This document shows, piece after piece, positions 36,151 through 50,700 of a stretch of 64,000 bases of DNA. How positions within the stretch are numbered: position 1 is the stretch's first letter; each line of letters begins with the position of its first letter. A model generated the notes under the pieces. It had not been told where the DNA came from and made no database searches. It was given only the letters and a program-made list of their open reading frames with translations. This DNA is from Asterias rubens (Eukaryota), in NCBI RefSeq assembly GCF_902459465.1, contig NC_047063.1, forward strand, positions 19,840,001-19,904,000, read 5' to 3'. The position numbers and the translations under genes are program-made.

Positions 36151-37249
36151 GCCTGCGATGAAAATCACCTTAAAAGCTGTCAGAATAAACACTTTTCTGT
36201 CTGGACTTTGTATTCCACAGAAACAAAATGTGCTAGATTTGGTTTTACCCCTATGGGCGAGTTAGAACTGGTTTCATTTTAGTCCAGTATTCCCATGGAG
36301 TATTTATTATACTCCAAATACCCATGTCCTTCAAAGCCCCTCAAAGAAATTCTAAAGCTGAAATCGCTCGTCTGGAAACCCTTTTGTTCGCAAGTATGCA
36401 TTGACACTTGAGGGGTATGCAGTTTTCTCTCTGTGCTACACCCCAGTTTTTAATAATGGTTATGAGTTTGTGGTGAATGGGTTGCTCCAATTGAGGGGGG
36501 CGTAGGCTAAACTTGTAATTATGCTCATAATGAAAGCGAAGTTTGTTTTGTATTTGGGGAAAGCGATGACACACATGTGATGCCATACCGGTACAGGCTG
36601 GATCTTTTACAATGTGGGTGAAGTTAAAAATGAAAAATAATAATGGCTTTAACAAACCAAGTAATATGCCTCTGGATTTTTTTCACAGAGCTTGGGAAGT
36701 ACTTTTCTTTTACGAATCGGTGTATACGGGTAAAACCAAAATTATTATTCTTTACACTCGATGCAAATTTCCTTCCATGTTACAAACTAAAACCAACAAA
36801 AAGGACCTGTGGTATAAATGCAAAACATAGTTATGGCCTGACATTTCGCTCGAGCCTAGGAGTCTTTTTTGAAGGCTAAATAGGTTGCATAAAAGCAATT
36901 ATTTTTTCTCTCATAGGGCTAAGAGATAATGGTTTGGTTTGACAAGTACTTTGGCCCCACAATACTCAGCCAAAGATTCTACATAATAAATGTGGCTTCT
37001 TACATATCACTCATGCTCATGCCACACATTTATTTCAATCCTTAAACCATCTCGGCTTTCTTGGGAGTGAACAGCTTTTGCTGCCAAGTATGTTGCACAC
37101 AAAGCAAAATCAATCACATGAAGCTAAATCAACTGTTATTGTGTTTTTATAATTGTATTGCTGTTTTTGAATTTCTTAGGTTTGTTAATGATTAATTACT
37201 AAGATTAGTGTTTTGTAGCCTTTTTAAAAAAAAATTGTTTCTCTGTGAA

Positions 37250-37450
37250 GCGCCTTGAGCGTCTTATAGGCGGACTTTGGTGCTATATAATTTTAGGAAC
37301 CATCTCTGCCCTCACACGTACCCATTTATCCCGGGGTGAAGAGAAGCAAACTTAGTTGAGTGTCTTGCTCAAGGACACAAGTTTTATGACTAGGATTCAA
37401 ACCCACACCCTAATGACCTATTTGAGTTCAATGTTGCACTTGGCCACAAC
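37250..37450 (-). mobile_element. tRNA-derived SINE, diverged
   Basis: Homologous to 10790-10985. Confidence 0.6.
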
Positions 37451-37554
37451 ATGTCAGATTGCCGTTACTCTTTTGTTTTTTGAGTAAATGTACTTCCATC
37501 ATTCGACATTTTTTTTTAGGAATGTGCCATAAAAGAAACTGAACATTTCATTAA

Positions 37555-37957
37555 AGGCAGTGGACACTATTGGTAATTACCATAGCTCTATGGTAATTAC
37601 TCAAAATAATTATGATTAGAGAACCTTTCTTGATTACGAGTAATGGGGAGATATTGATAGTATAAAACATTGTGAGAAACAGCTCCCTCTGAAGTGGTGT
37701 AGTTTTTTAGAAAGAAGTCATTTTCCACGAATTTGATTTTGAGACCTCGGATTTAGAATTTGAGGTCTCGAAATCAAGCATCTGAAAGCACACAACTTCC
37801 TTTGACCATGGTGCGACAAGGGTGTTTTTTTCTTTCATTAATGTCATGTAACTTCGACAACCGATTGAGCTCAAATTTTCACAGGTTTGTTATTGTATGC
37901 ATAGTTGAGATACACCAACTGTGAAGACTAGTCTTTGACAATTACCAATAGTGTCTT
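37555..37957. mobile_element. Kolobok-like MITE family A, right end eroded
   Basis: TTAA|AGGCAGTGGACAC start and full internal homology. Confidence 0.82.
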
Positions 37958-38595
37958 TACCCTGTTTTACTGAAAGCTCTTTTTTTGGTCAGAGATTTAT
38001 TGTAGAGTCATGCATGTTTGGATTGTGGTGATGGAATTAAGGATCTTCGAAATTATTTCAGATATAAATATTTCTTTTGCTGATTGGTAATGGTGTGAAC
38101 TTAAGAATCGGTGAGCTTTCAGATAGAAAACATTTCTCTGGAGCATTGGTGCCATTTTCGTGTAGTTTCCCAAAGTGTAAAATTCTCATCATAGCTACCA
38201 CTGCCTTTAAACTGAACTGTCAAACGCTAATGTACATGACCTTGTGTTTCCATATAAACTGGTAAAGTCAGCTCAGTGTTGAGTCATAAAACTACACGCT
38301 TCACGAACCAAGGAAAAACTACAACACCAACAAAAAACACACCAAACAAACACTTTTGTTTACAGAGAAAACCTTGTTTAACGCATGCTGGGCCTAATGT
38401 CATAGAGCAGATGAAGCAGCAATGCTGCTTAATCATTTCTGCTTAGCAAAACAAAGCAGGATACCAGTCAATGATAGTTTGAGTGACAAAGTTTTTTTTT
38501 GGCTGGTAAGCATAATTTTCTTGTGCTTAGCTACTTAGTGTGCTTAGCTACTTATTGTGCTTGAAGCAGCCTTATGAAACTGGGCCCCCTGTTAA

Positions 38596-38696
38596 AGGGA
38601 CTGGCCACTATATTGGTAATGACTCAAAGTAATTGTTAGCATAAAAACCTAGTGAGAATACTAGTCTTTGACAATTACCAAACCTTTCCAGTGCCT
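38596..38696. mobile_element. Internally deleted Kolobok-like MITE
   Basis: Both family-A ends with TTAA flanks, about 100 bp. Confidence 0.65.
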
Positions 38697-39019
38697 TTAA
38701 AACCCAAATTCTCATGTTGGTTCTAGTTTAGAACCGAACAATGGTTAATCGTTTGAATTTCTCTTCTCTCACCGCACCTGTAAAAATTTCACAGTCACTG
38801 GATTATTGTATACCAGTGTCATATTGTCAACCAGTACAAAGCAAGCCAACAAAAGCAATGGCGTTGACCTAAGAGTTTATTGTCACTAAGTATGTGATCC
38901 TGAATTCTTGTAATAATCTAGCCCTGGGGGCTGGATTATTCAATAGAAATATATGCAACTTTCCATCTGTCGGTTCCTGAAAAAAAATATACCTCAAAGG
39001 TAATGCAAAAAGTATTTAA

Positions 39020-39396
39020 AGGAACGTTACAGAATTGGTAAGAAACAAAAATCGTGAAGATCACAGATTTACATTAAACTTACACGGTCTAATGATGATG
39101 ATAGTTGAAAACATACCTTGAAATATTTCTGTGTGAAATGTCATATTTGATGAGAAATAAATAATCTACCTTCGCGTTTGGAGTTTATTGCTCAGTGAGC
39201 GTTTTATTCATTTTTATTTTGGCATCGATGCAATGCAAAATCGGTCATCCGTTTTTCACTATTCTCTTGTGACCCAGATCATCGATGGATCTCAAACTTC
39301 TACAGGTTTGTCAGTTTATGTAATTGGTGGATTACATAAAGTGCTTACTCTGCCAGCAACTGTTTCGTAAGTAAAAACCAATTCTGTAATGTTCCT
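39020..39396. mobile_element. Kolobok-like MITE family C
   Basis: TTAA|AGGAACGTTACAGAATTGG..CCAATTCTGTAATGTTCCT|TTAA. Confidence 0.85.
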
Positions 39397-40496
39397 TTAA
39401 TGGTCTGACGTTTCGGCCCAATAGAGTGTTCTTTTAAACCTCTGAGAAAGACTCAGCTAGGCAAATGTCAGGCCATTTACGACAACAGCTAATTTATTTA
39501 AAGTAACTTACAAAAGGGGTTATAGATGAGATAATCAAAGGAAATGATGTTCAGCCCAAAAGTGTAAGATAAATAATATTTTATTTTACTCAATGAGTCA
39601 GTCATTATACATGCAGCGGATAAATGAATATATCATTTTAACACTTAATCATACCTGTGTTTAATGTAAATATTTTAAAAAGGGGACACAGTTAATTCAC
39701 ATGATATGTATTTTTTATTGAGTACTAATTGTTCAACTTATTTTAACTCTTTCAGTGCCTGTTTAGGGTGGTAATTTGAACCTTAAATGTCAACACCAAA
39801 AAATTTGTTTACAAAATTTAAAACAATATTTCTCACAAAACAAAATGCTTGTTGCTGATTTGTGTTGCCTTGGTACATCCCAAAGTCAATATTGAGTGGG
39901 TCGTACATTTGCAATTGATGACACTTTTGCAGATCCTAAGTGCACGATCTTGACACTGAAAGATTTATGGTTATATTCATAATAGGTTTTTTAAATGTAC
40001 ATTACATTGTACCTGTAGAGTGTAGTTTGTCAAGTCTGCAGCAGTTTTGATATAAATCAGTTATTGTACATGTTTTGTTCCCCCTTTTTCACAAACCCTT
40101 TTTCTTTTCTTTTGGACCTACTTCAAGAATACAATGGTGTTGTAATTCACACATTTTGAAGGGAAATATTTAGCAATTTGAATTCAGTAGGAGGCGCTCT
40201 TTCAAACATTTTCAAGCATAAACAAAATGTTCTCCCCTACATTATTAACCATAAAAGTATTTCATAAACATAACAAAATCCAAGCGTTTCACCTGACTTT
40301 GAGAGCACCTGCTTTTATAAATGATATATTTATGTTTCATAAAAAGGTATTCCTTCCGTTTAAAAAAATATATATATATACAAATATACCCTTGACCATG
40401 TTACGCCATGGTCAGCCCTTAAATACAGTGGTCACTATTCATCATCATCTTCCTATACTGTGCAGAAACCTCCTCTGGAGTATACTTGCACATATT

Positions 40497-40843
40497 GGTA
40501 GTCTTCTCACTTGGTGTACCTCAACATATGCATAAAATAAAAAACCTGTGAAAATTTGAGCTCAATCGGTTGTCGAAGTTGCGCGATAATAATGAAAGAA
40601 AAAACATCCTTGTCACAGGAAGTTGTGTGCTTTCATATGCTCGATTTCGAGACCTCAAATTCTAAACTTGAGGTCCTGAAATCAAATTCGTGGAAAATTA
40701 CTTCTGTCTCGAAAACTACAACACTTCAGAGGGAGCCGTTTCTCACAATGTTTTATACTATCAACCTCTCCCCATTACTCGTCACCAAGAAAGGTTTTAT
40801 TCTCATAATTATTTTGAGTAATTACCAATAGTGTCCACTGCCT
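40497..40843. mobile_element. Kolobok-like MITE family A (reverse orientation, one end missing)
   Basis: ..CCAATAGTGTCCACTGCCT|TTAA and internal homology. Confidence 0.85.
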
Positions 40844-41096
40844 TTAAATACGCCCTAATCAAAGAATCTGTCAATTCAGTCTCTTTCCTCTTGAATGGTT
40901 AGTATGTCATGTCCTTTAGGCACCGGGATGTACAATTTGCACTGTAATTACTGTCATTAGTTGGTAGTTGGTGCAGGCTTTGAATCTCAGCTTTGAGAGG
41001 ACAAGGCCAATTTCATGTTGCAAAGGGAACTCAAGGGAACTTGAAAATCTTAAATGTCTATGGGAAACTTTTGAAGGGGCACCAAGGCAAGACCAG

Positions 41097-41336
41097 GGCC
41101 CAATTTCATAGAGCTGCTAAGCACAAACATTTGCTTAGCATAAAATTTCTTCTTTGATAAAAACAGGATTACCAACCAAATTTCTACGTGATTTTCAGGA
41201 TAAGCTAACAACATCTGAATATCAGTAACAAGCAATATGCAACAGATGGAAATTTGGTTGGTAATTCTGTTTTTATCAGCAAAGATATTTCATGCTAAGC
41301 AAATTTTCGTGCTTAGCAGCTCTATGAAATTGGGCC
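41097..41336. mobile_element. Harbinger-like MITE (CWG TSD)
   Basis: CAG|GGCCCAATTTCATAGAGCTGCTAAGCAC..inverse|CAG. Relatives at about 860-1300, 29500-29700, 38390-38590, 42518-42600 and 53970-54122. Confidence 0.8.
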
Positions 41337-41725
41337 CAGGACAACAGATGCCACTGTGCAATTCCAGGCCTTCCGGTGTGTATATATCTAGCCGGATTCA
41401 ATGCTACTTCCTTAAAGACTGTGAAGAGGGTAACCTTGTATCAGCCCCAGGAGGAGTTGGTCAATAGCCCTCACCTTAAAGTGGTCGTCCGTCCTTGTGA
41501 TGTTAGGCGTTCACTCACCAATTTTTATTATGTTTTAAATGCTATGAGATTGTCTGCACTGAAAAATGGAAACCAAAACGGTCTTTGGACTGCACTTAGT
41601 GCAGATGCCTTATTCAATGATCTTCCCAAGAGATGCCCTCACCACCCTCCGTCTCAAGAAAGGTAAACCTAGTCAAGCTCTAAAAATCTTGGTCTCAAGA
41701 AACAATGATGCTACTAGTCAAGCCC

Positions 41726-44700
41726 TCAAGAATTCAGAGATGAAGAAGGATGAGAAGCCCTAGAGAGAAAGTCTTGTATTTCATCAACGATCTCTTCACT
41801 GGTTGCACCAAGCACCGTGTGATGCTGCCTGGGTCTCGTCAACGACTGTTTTAATTGTCTATGCATTCCCGGCTGAGGGTCTAACTTCTCAAGGTCCGCT
41901 ATACTCTTCAGTGGGTGATCTGAAGAAGAGGTTTGGTGTCCGAGGGATTTCAAGACGTCGCTGGGGAATTTGCCGTAGTGAGCTGTGGAGCAGAGGATGA
42001 GCGGACGATCTCGAGGTCTTAGGCGGTTGGCAACTGTCTTGGCTACTGCTGTGTGGGGGTCCATCAGATACCCTGATTAGGAAGATAAAAATGTCCTTTC
42101 AGATCGACGAGTTCACAGGCCTTGAACTTTGTTCTTGAAGGGGCACAGCAATATTTATGTGGTAAGGGGCACCTCTTTGAGGAAAATATACATTTGAACA
42201 TTGAACCTTACACGGGGCATCACAGCAAAAGCACAGGGCACCAAGGCAATTGTTGTGGGTGCCATGGGGCATTTCAAGGTCAGAGTTCAATATTGGGGGG
42301 GGGGGGTATGCACAAAACTAATTAGGTTAGATACCACAGTGTTGGACGGATTGATTTAAGAGTACTAAATATGACACTTCAGACATTTCATGATAATCTG
42401 ACATGGTTCTACTCCTACACAGATGTGGGACAAGCACTTTATACTCTGTGCTTTACAAACTCCTATACCCATAAACTGCACCGACTAGTCAGGTGATATG
42501 TTTACCCAAGATTCTAGGGCCAGACTAAATTTGTACTGCTTCCCGCAGAATTCAGCTCTTTTGGCCCATAGAATTAATATGTTTAACTGGGCGTTGTTAG
42601 CACAGAATTCTGCAGTAAGCAGAGACAACTCAGATGTCTTAACCACAAGACAACAGACTGGTCCAGTAATAATTTGCCAGTTCCAATCCTGTAAAAAACT
42701 CTGCAAGTCTTTCATCATGTCAAACATTTGGGAAACTTTTAAATCCTGTGCACATCGCTTGAATATGTGAGGGAAACCAAACCAGACACTTAATGAGGCC
42801 CACTTCAAAGGCACACAAGGCTTGGAGGGTCTTTTAGCTACAGGAACCACACATTAGTGTACAAATTGCATCAAGGATAAGGAATATTATTTTGGCTTTA
42901 CCCTACATAAGAATGTAATAAAACTGATTCTGACTCGTGTGGGAAAAAACAAAGGCTACAGCTTTTAAAAAAGAAAAAAACAAGGAACCTGATCAATCTT
43001 TCTGTTTGGTGCTAGCTACTTTATTTCTGGCATACCTGTTTGAGAGAAAGTCTTCTTGATGGTGGCCGAATATTCTTCTTCTTTGCAGCAATCTGCGACA
43101 AGACCAAACTCATCTTGGATTCGCTCTAGAATCTGTCGGGACATTTAGAGTAAAGTGAAGAAAAAAAACCAATTGACATATATTTGTCTCCACAGCAGAT
43201 TCTGTGTAAGTCATACTACATTTTGCTTCAAGGATATCATTGGAAGCCCTCATTTCTATGCAAGACAGACTGGCATTTTTTATTCCCAGAGCCCTGTATC
43301 TAAATTACATTGAACCAAAACAATTGTTTTTTTTTAAACCTCCTTTTTGAAATTAGAAAAAATATACACACACAAATCGAACTTGACATATATTTGCTAC
43401 CTGATTGAGACTGGGTGAGTTGGGGCATATTCCTCAACCTAACTTGGACTAGTCCCAAGTTGTGACTATCATTATGAAATCGAACCCTGAAGACAATAGG
43501 AACAAATGGTCTCTATGGGGAATTCTAAAGAGATTGGTGTTCTATAAGGAATTGAGCGCACAAACTATATGGAAGGAAAGAACAAAAGATGTCTCCACAT
43601 AAATAAATAAATAATTTATTCATTTATATTGCGCCCATTCCATAAAATGTACACAAGCGCATAACAAAATAATTATAAAAATATAACATTTTACATCAGG
43701 AAAATATACAGCAATCCAAACAAACTGAAAATACAAGAACCTTACAGGACAATCCGAAGAGTTAAAATTGCAAAACATAAGACAGACCAAAACAAACTAG
43801 TAAAGGAACAATATATTTATATGCACAATCAGTAAACAGCTTCTTTAAAAAGATAAGTCTTAAGGACAGATTTAAAAATATCGAGGCTGCCAGCGCTCCT
43901 AATATGAGGGGGGAGTTTGTTCCAGAGGTGGGGAGCACTATCGGCCTTAATACAACCAACTGGGTGACTAAGAAAAATACCATTATCAGAACTGCGAAGG
44001 CCGTAGCGAGATAGGGGTTTGATGGAAACAAGCTGAATTAAATACTGAGGAGCTAGATTATGAAGAATTTTGTAAGTGATCATTAAAATTTTAAATTCAA
44101 TTCTAAACCGAACAGGGAGCCAATGTAACTCCATAAGTAATGGAGAAATGTGGCAATATTTGAAAGCATTACAGACCAGCCTGGCACAGGCATTTTGCAC
44201 TCTCTGGAGTTGTTTAATCTTAGTGTTGGGTAAGCCATAAAAAAGACTATTACAGTAATCTAGTCTACTAGAGACAAATGCATGAATGAGTGTCTCGGTA
44301 CATTCCTTAGACAAAAAATTTCTTATGCGCCTAATGTTATGCAAATAATAAAATGCACTACCACAAACTTTAGTAACGTGAGTTTTCATTGACATATTGG
44401 CATCAAACCATGCACCTAGGTTTCGGGCAAGGGAAACAGGTGACACAATTGACTGCCCAACCTGAATACCATCCAATGTAACCTTAGATAGTTGCTGACG
44501 GGTACCTATGATCAAGAATTCAGTTTCATTGTCATTTAGATACAACCCATTAGCAAGCAACCATTGGCGAACATCATGAATGCAAGCCTCCATGGCAGAA
44601 AGAGCCGTCACCTGACTACCAGCCTCGTCAGGACTGAAGGACAGATATAACTGAGTATCGTCAGAATAGCAGTGAATCTGTGGATGATGAACTTTGACAA

Positions 44701-47700
44701 TGTCAAACAACTGGCTAGTATACAAAATAACAAGTAGGGGCCCTAGACATGACCCTTGCGGAATTCCCCATTCAAGATTATAATTATGAGACAGTTTACC
44801 ATTAATCGAAACCCTTTGTGATCTGCCAGCAAGGTATGAGCAAAACCAGTTAAGGGCAGTACCATCAATTCCAAAGCGAGACTTAAGTGTACTCGGTAAA
44901 AAAACATGATCCAGTGTATCAAATGCAGCACTTGAATCTAATAAAACCAACAGGGTAACATGTTTTCTATTCATAGCCATTAACAAATCATTTTGAATTT
45001 TCAACAGAGCAGTTTCGGTACTATGGAATTTGCGGTGAGCAGACTGCATCAATGGGTATAAGTTATTCTCAGTCAGATAAGATTGTAACTGACATGCTAC
45101 AGCTCTTTCAAGTAGTTTAGAAACAAACTGCAGATTACTAACGGGTCGGAAATTCTCCACCCTGGCCTCGAGACCCGGCTTTTTTAGCAGAGGCAGAACA
45201 ACCGCAGACTTCCACATGTATGGAAAATGCCCAGTTTTTAGTGAAAGGTTGATCAACCTCGTAATGAAAGGCTATATGAAGAATATCTAAACAATCAGTG
45301 AGTAGAGCCATGGGAATTGGATCCAGAACACAAGTTTGTGAACACAATTTTCTGACAGTTCACTAAAGTCAGTAAAAACTGCTGACCCAAATTGGGATGA
45401 AGCAGGTGTGTCATTAAGGGAACAATTCACCCTCGACAAGGATAACCTTAAACGGGTAATCTTTTGGACAAAAAAGTCACCCATATGGTTAGCAAGCTGT
45501 AAATCATCAGTATGCGCAGGTAAAATAGACACATTATTGCGGAAAAGAAAGCCAGCCGCTTTGAAAAACCTTTTAGGATCACTACTATTATCTTGTATAA
45601 ATCTAGTATAGTAGTCATGGCGGGCAACTTTCATTGAGAAGGTGACATTGTTTTTCTTCAGTGGATGTAAAACAGAGCATGTATGGCTGAGCATTATGTT
45701 GTCTTTGTCACCTGAACAAGAGCTGCAGTTATAATATGTTTATATCAAATTGAGCTTGTAGTGGTCTTTGAGTACTTACCCGAGGAGAAACTTTAAAGTA
45801 ATTCTGTTTGCCGAGCTGCTCAAAGCATCGATTCACCTCTGCACTATCACCATCAGTAACAAGATACAAAAACCTGTATCAAAAACAAGAAAAAAAAGGA
45901 GTTTTACATGACAAGTTGCAATGGTTGTCGTGGTGGAGCGGATAAGAGCACCGGACTCAAGCCCTGGTGTTTTTGTTCAGCAGAGTGTGGGTTCGAGTCC
46001 CAGTCGAGGCACTTGTGTCCTTAAGCAAGACACGATGCTTCGTCCTTCCGATGGGAGGTTAAGCCGTTAGTCCCGTGTTGTGTAACGCATGTAAATGAAC
46101 CCATTGCACTTAGTGAAAAGAGAAGGGGTTCGCCCCGGTGTTCCTGGTTTGATTGTATGCATATTGGCCACAGCACCTTTTAAGCCATTACATGGTGCTA
46201 TATAAAGGAAATGGTATTGGAAAATACTGAATGTTGAAAGGGCCTTGAGTATCACTGAGCGCTATGTAAAAAGCAACTATGATTAGTATTACCATCAATT
46301 ATGATACATGTAACTAAATATAACATCCACACTAGTGTGACCATGTGCTCAGTGCTACAATTGAATAAAAAATTTTCAAATTTAATATTACACTTTACAA
46401 TTACTTAAAACTTGTGTATAAGTTATGGAAACCGTGACAACTTACCTTTCTAGATTGGAAGACTTGAGGATATCAATGGCAGGTGCCATGGTAACATGCA
46501 AATGACGGTGTCGAAGGTCATAGCAACCTGTTTGGATAAACTCAGTCAAGACGTTGTTTTCATTTGATGCACAGATGAACTTGCGGAAAGGAATTCCCAT
46601 GGACTAACAAAACAAGATGCATACATTTACATTGTCACTCTTTTGTCATTGAATTCCTTCAATTTCAACATTGATACATAACAGTTTTGAGAATATAAAT
46701 GTTTGAAAAATGCAGCAAAATCAAAATATTATTTTTGTTTAGTGCTAATCATAACTCATACTCTGGGAATCCAAAATCCGTATGTACATAATGTACATTC
46801 ACTCCGTCGACCCAAGTTACTTGAGTCGAGCGAGATAAAGCAGCCAGCTAGTAATCTGCATGACATGCTTCCACTGTAAGTCACACTAAAACTTACTCCA
46901 ATGTTTAACAGAACTTCTGGTAAACATTGGAGTCGCATTTCCTACAGACTTCTCAGAAGTGAGTATGAAATGCACTGAGCTAGTTTGGTTTGTTGAGGAT
47001 TTATGCATGAAATGAATTGTTTTTGGACTTTGCATTCCACACACGCAAAGTGTCGAGGTCCTCCCACTTTCATAGGAAATGCCTTCAAACGACGATTGCT
47101 AGTCTTGGATCCAGATGTAGCCGAGAGCCAGGAGTGTGCGCATACAGAAGTTTTAAAATTTGTATTTATCGTAATAAAAACAATGTGCATAGCTATGACA
47201 CAAACAGGATTAAAGGCAGTGGACACTGTTGGTAATTACTAAAGCATTAAACCTTACTTGGTAATGAGTAATGGGGAGAGGTTGATAGTATAAAACATTG
47301 TGAGAAATGGCTCTCTCTGAAGTGACGTAGTTTTCAAGAAAGAAGTAATTTTCCACGAATTTGATTAATCAAGCATCTGAAAGCAAAAAACTTCGTGTGA
47401 CAAGGGTGTTTTTTCTTTCATAGTTATCTCGCAACATCAACGACCAATTGAGCTCAAATTTTCACAGGTTTGTTATTTTGTGCAGATGTTGAGATACACC
47501 AGAAGACTAGTCTTTGACAATAACCAATAGTGTCCAGTGTCTTTAAGCACAAAGTATGACCTCAGATTATCCTTTGTTTTTCATCTCACCTTGGCATAAA
47601 TGGCAGCTAGTATGTTCCCAAAGTTCCCCGTAGGTATACAGATATCGCACTCCTCACCAATCGATATCACTCCTCGTTGCGCAAGGTCCAGATATGCAGA

Positions 47701-50700
47701 TGCGTGGTGCACCACTTGGGGCACTAAGCGCCCCCAGTTGATGGAATTGGCTGCGCTTAATCGCACTCCATGATTGGCTAGTAGATTGTTGTTGAGGGCG
47801 ACATCATTGAAGATTTCTTTGATGGCAGTCTGGCAGAAATCAAAATCAGTCTCCACACCTGTTGAGAGTTTAATTTGCTTGTTTCTTATCAATGGACCAT
47901 GTTTTTGACTGCACAAGGGCGGTTTTAACAGCAAATTTCCTTGCATAGACCTTTCGCAAATACCCATTGCGCTAGCGCTTAGTGCCGTATCAGGAGATGC
48001 TGGTCTAGCTAGCGATCAAACTTGATCACGCGCACATACCAAGAATTTGTTATAAGGTCTAATAAATAATAGTTATGGCAACTATGGAAATAAAAGTAAA
48101 AGTTTGGTTCAAAAACATGGTCAAAAATACTACAAATTGCTACATTATTGACTAAAAAACTAATTAAAATCATAACTGACAAACACTTTAAACACAAATT
48201 TAAATGATTGAAATTAAATTGTTTGTATTGTCGAGTCGTTTAAATGATCACCAAAAAAATATTTTGCAAGCTGTCATGCCGAGTGTGTGAAACAAACATG
48301 TATGTGTTGCTGCACAAGGTCTGCTTGTGAAAAATTAGTCGGTCTCTAAATCAACTTACCTACAACATGTACATTGGTCCCAGTGGCTGCCGTCATGAGT
48401 GACTTCTGTACTTCACTGATACCATCCTCTGGGTACAAGACCATCACCATACTACCACTTGAACCTGCACCAATAATGAAACAAAGTAAAGATATCGTTA
48501 ATCAGTCAAAATATAACATCAGTTGTGTTATCCACATTACGCCCGGTTCATACTTCCTGCAAATGTTTTGTGCGAAATAAATATTCCTGCAGCACAATTG
48601 CCTGGGAGTGGGTACCGATTAATGCGTCACCAAAATTCCATTCACATTCGCAGGAATCAGGCGTTACTCATTAATTGACAAGACCAAAGACAATACAAGT
48701 CACAAAAGTCTTTGAAGTTGAGATGGTTTCAGGAATGCTAAGGGCCCAATGTGCAGGGGAATAAAAGTGTTGCTTTCAGAGTGCTCATTGGCTTAAAAAA
48801 GCGCATAATAAACACAATATTGCATTAATTACAGGAAGACAAAGGAAAAAACCAACTTTAGAAATCTCGACAAGGAGTTATGTATGAACATTTTGTGTGA
48901 ACGAACTGCTTCGTTGAGAACGCCCTCTCTTAGAGATCCTACTATGTCCTCATCCCAACCATCACCAGCAAGTGAGAGTTTAAACTAACTGCCTAAAGCC
49001 CGGTTCATACTTCCTGCGAATGCGAATGCGAATGCGAAGCGAGCTTGGCATGAATTTGACGTCACAACCCTCCTTTCGCAGCGATATTCGCAAGTGAGTT
49101 CAGCAAAGTTGAACTGCTGCGAATTTTACGTTGCAAATTTGTGACGTCAACATTCGTATCGCATTCGCATTCGCAGGAAGTATGAACCGGGCTTACCACA
49201 TAATTGGGAATGTTTGTCTGGATTATGAACTTTTCTTTGACAAGCCTCAACATAGACCTTCATGCAAAATTATACCCATTGTGCAAGCGCTATCTGTTGA
49301 TTGAGGTGCTCGCTGGTCTAGCTAGGGATCAAACTTGAGAGCTAGCTAGACCAGCATGCACCTCATTCAATGCCTACAGCATGGGTACCAAGTTTTTGTG
49401 ATAAGGTCTATTTATTTGTTTATTTTATTTTTTTCATACATTATCATACAGCAAAAGCGCCAAAAAACGGATGGATAAATTTTTGGTTAACTTGCAATAA
49501 AATACTAAACCGAACAATATACCAAGAGAGTGTACATGTATGACCGATTAAATCTCCCAACCCTACTTTATGGGATATGACTCCCAAGGAAAAAGTTTGT
49601 GTGTTAAAAGTTTGTGGCCATCTTACCGGCAAACTTGCTGAATCCATCAAGCACTGCACTACCAGTATCACCAGATGTTGCCACAATAATTAGATATCTA
49701 AAATACAAAGCAATAAATGAGAGATTGAAGAGACGAGGCTTAAAGGGATACATTGCCTTGGATCGGTTGAGATGGTCTATGAAAAGTGTTTGAAATTGTT
49801 TGTATAAAACTGCATATGGTTAGAAAGGCGTTTGAAAGGAGAATATATAGTCTACACAATCATGCCTTGAAACTGCGTGATTTTCCTTATACTTTGTGAA
49901 ATAACACGGTCCACCATTTTATGGAGTCAACAACTTGACTCCACAAATTGGCGTACCGTGTTGGCCCTGACGTATACGGAAAACCATGCACTTTCCAGGC
50001 ATATTTGTATGGATGGTTATGCTATTTTTAAAACATTATCTAACCATAATATGCATTTTGAACATTTTCAAACGCTTTTTCTAGACCAGCTTGCTCTATC
50101 CAAGGCAACAAAGATGATGTTTGAATATTGAAATCATCAGATCAGTGCTATAAGATCGTCAATTTCAATTTCCTATCTGTTATGATTGAAAGGGCGTTGA
50201 ATAAAAAATGTAACCCACAAATAAATGTTATTTTCTGAGACAAGACAAATTTTCTTTACTGGAATTGTTCTTAAACATTTTTTCCTTCTAAATACATTTT
50301 AACTTTACCTTTCGGTTTCTTCTTTTCTCAATACAGCTTGTGTGAAGAACTGTGGCATTATCTGAAGAGCTGAATCCTTAAAAGAAGCTGTCGGTCCGTG
50401 AAATACCTCCATGACGTATTGATTGTCTTGAAGATGAAAAACTGGAACGATACTCTCACTCTCAAATGTCTCTGACGAATATGCCTGATGGACGGCATCA
50501 GCAAGAGACGTTGGATGAATGTCCGTAGGATGAATCCATCGTTCAAGAATCCGCTGGGCTCTCTCCTGATAGGTGCATCTGAGAATCCTTTCCCACTGTC
50601 TAACGTTTAAACATGGAAATGCCCTGTCTGGAACGTACAGCCCTCCATCCCCAGCTAGACCTTGCAAGACCACGTCTTTGAAAGCAGGTTCCTGAGAAGG

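Noticed and set aside
113-40831. Recurrent short ORFs of the MCAFRCLISRPQ / KITSLSKT type (113-301, 8530-8829, 21822-22013, 22339-22524, 34837-35028, 40556-40831)
   Set aside because: All fall inside copies of the same non-coding MITE; they are not a peptide gene family.
45923-46010. tRNA-Leu-like sequence (also at 8026, 15118 and 1640)
   Set aside because: No acceptor-stem closure or Pol III terminator, and it runs into SINE body sequence.
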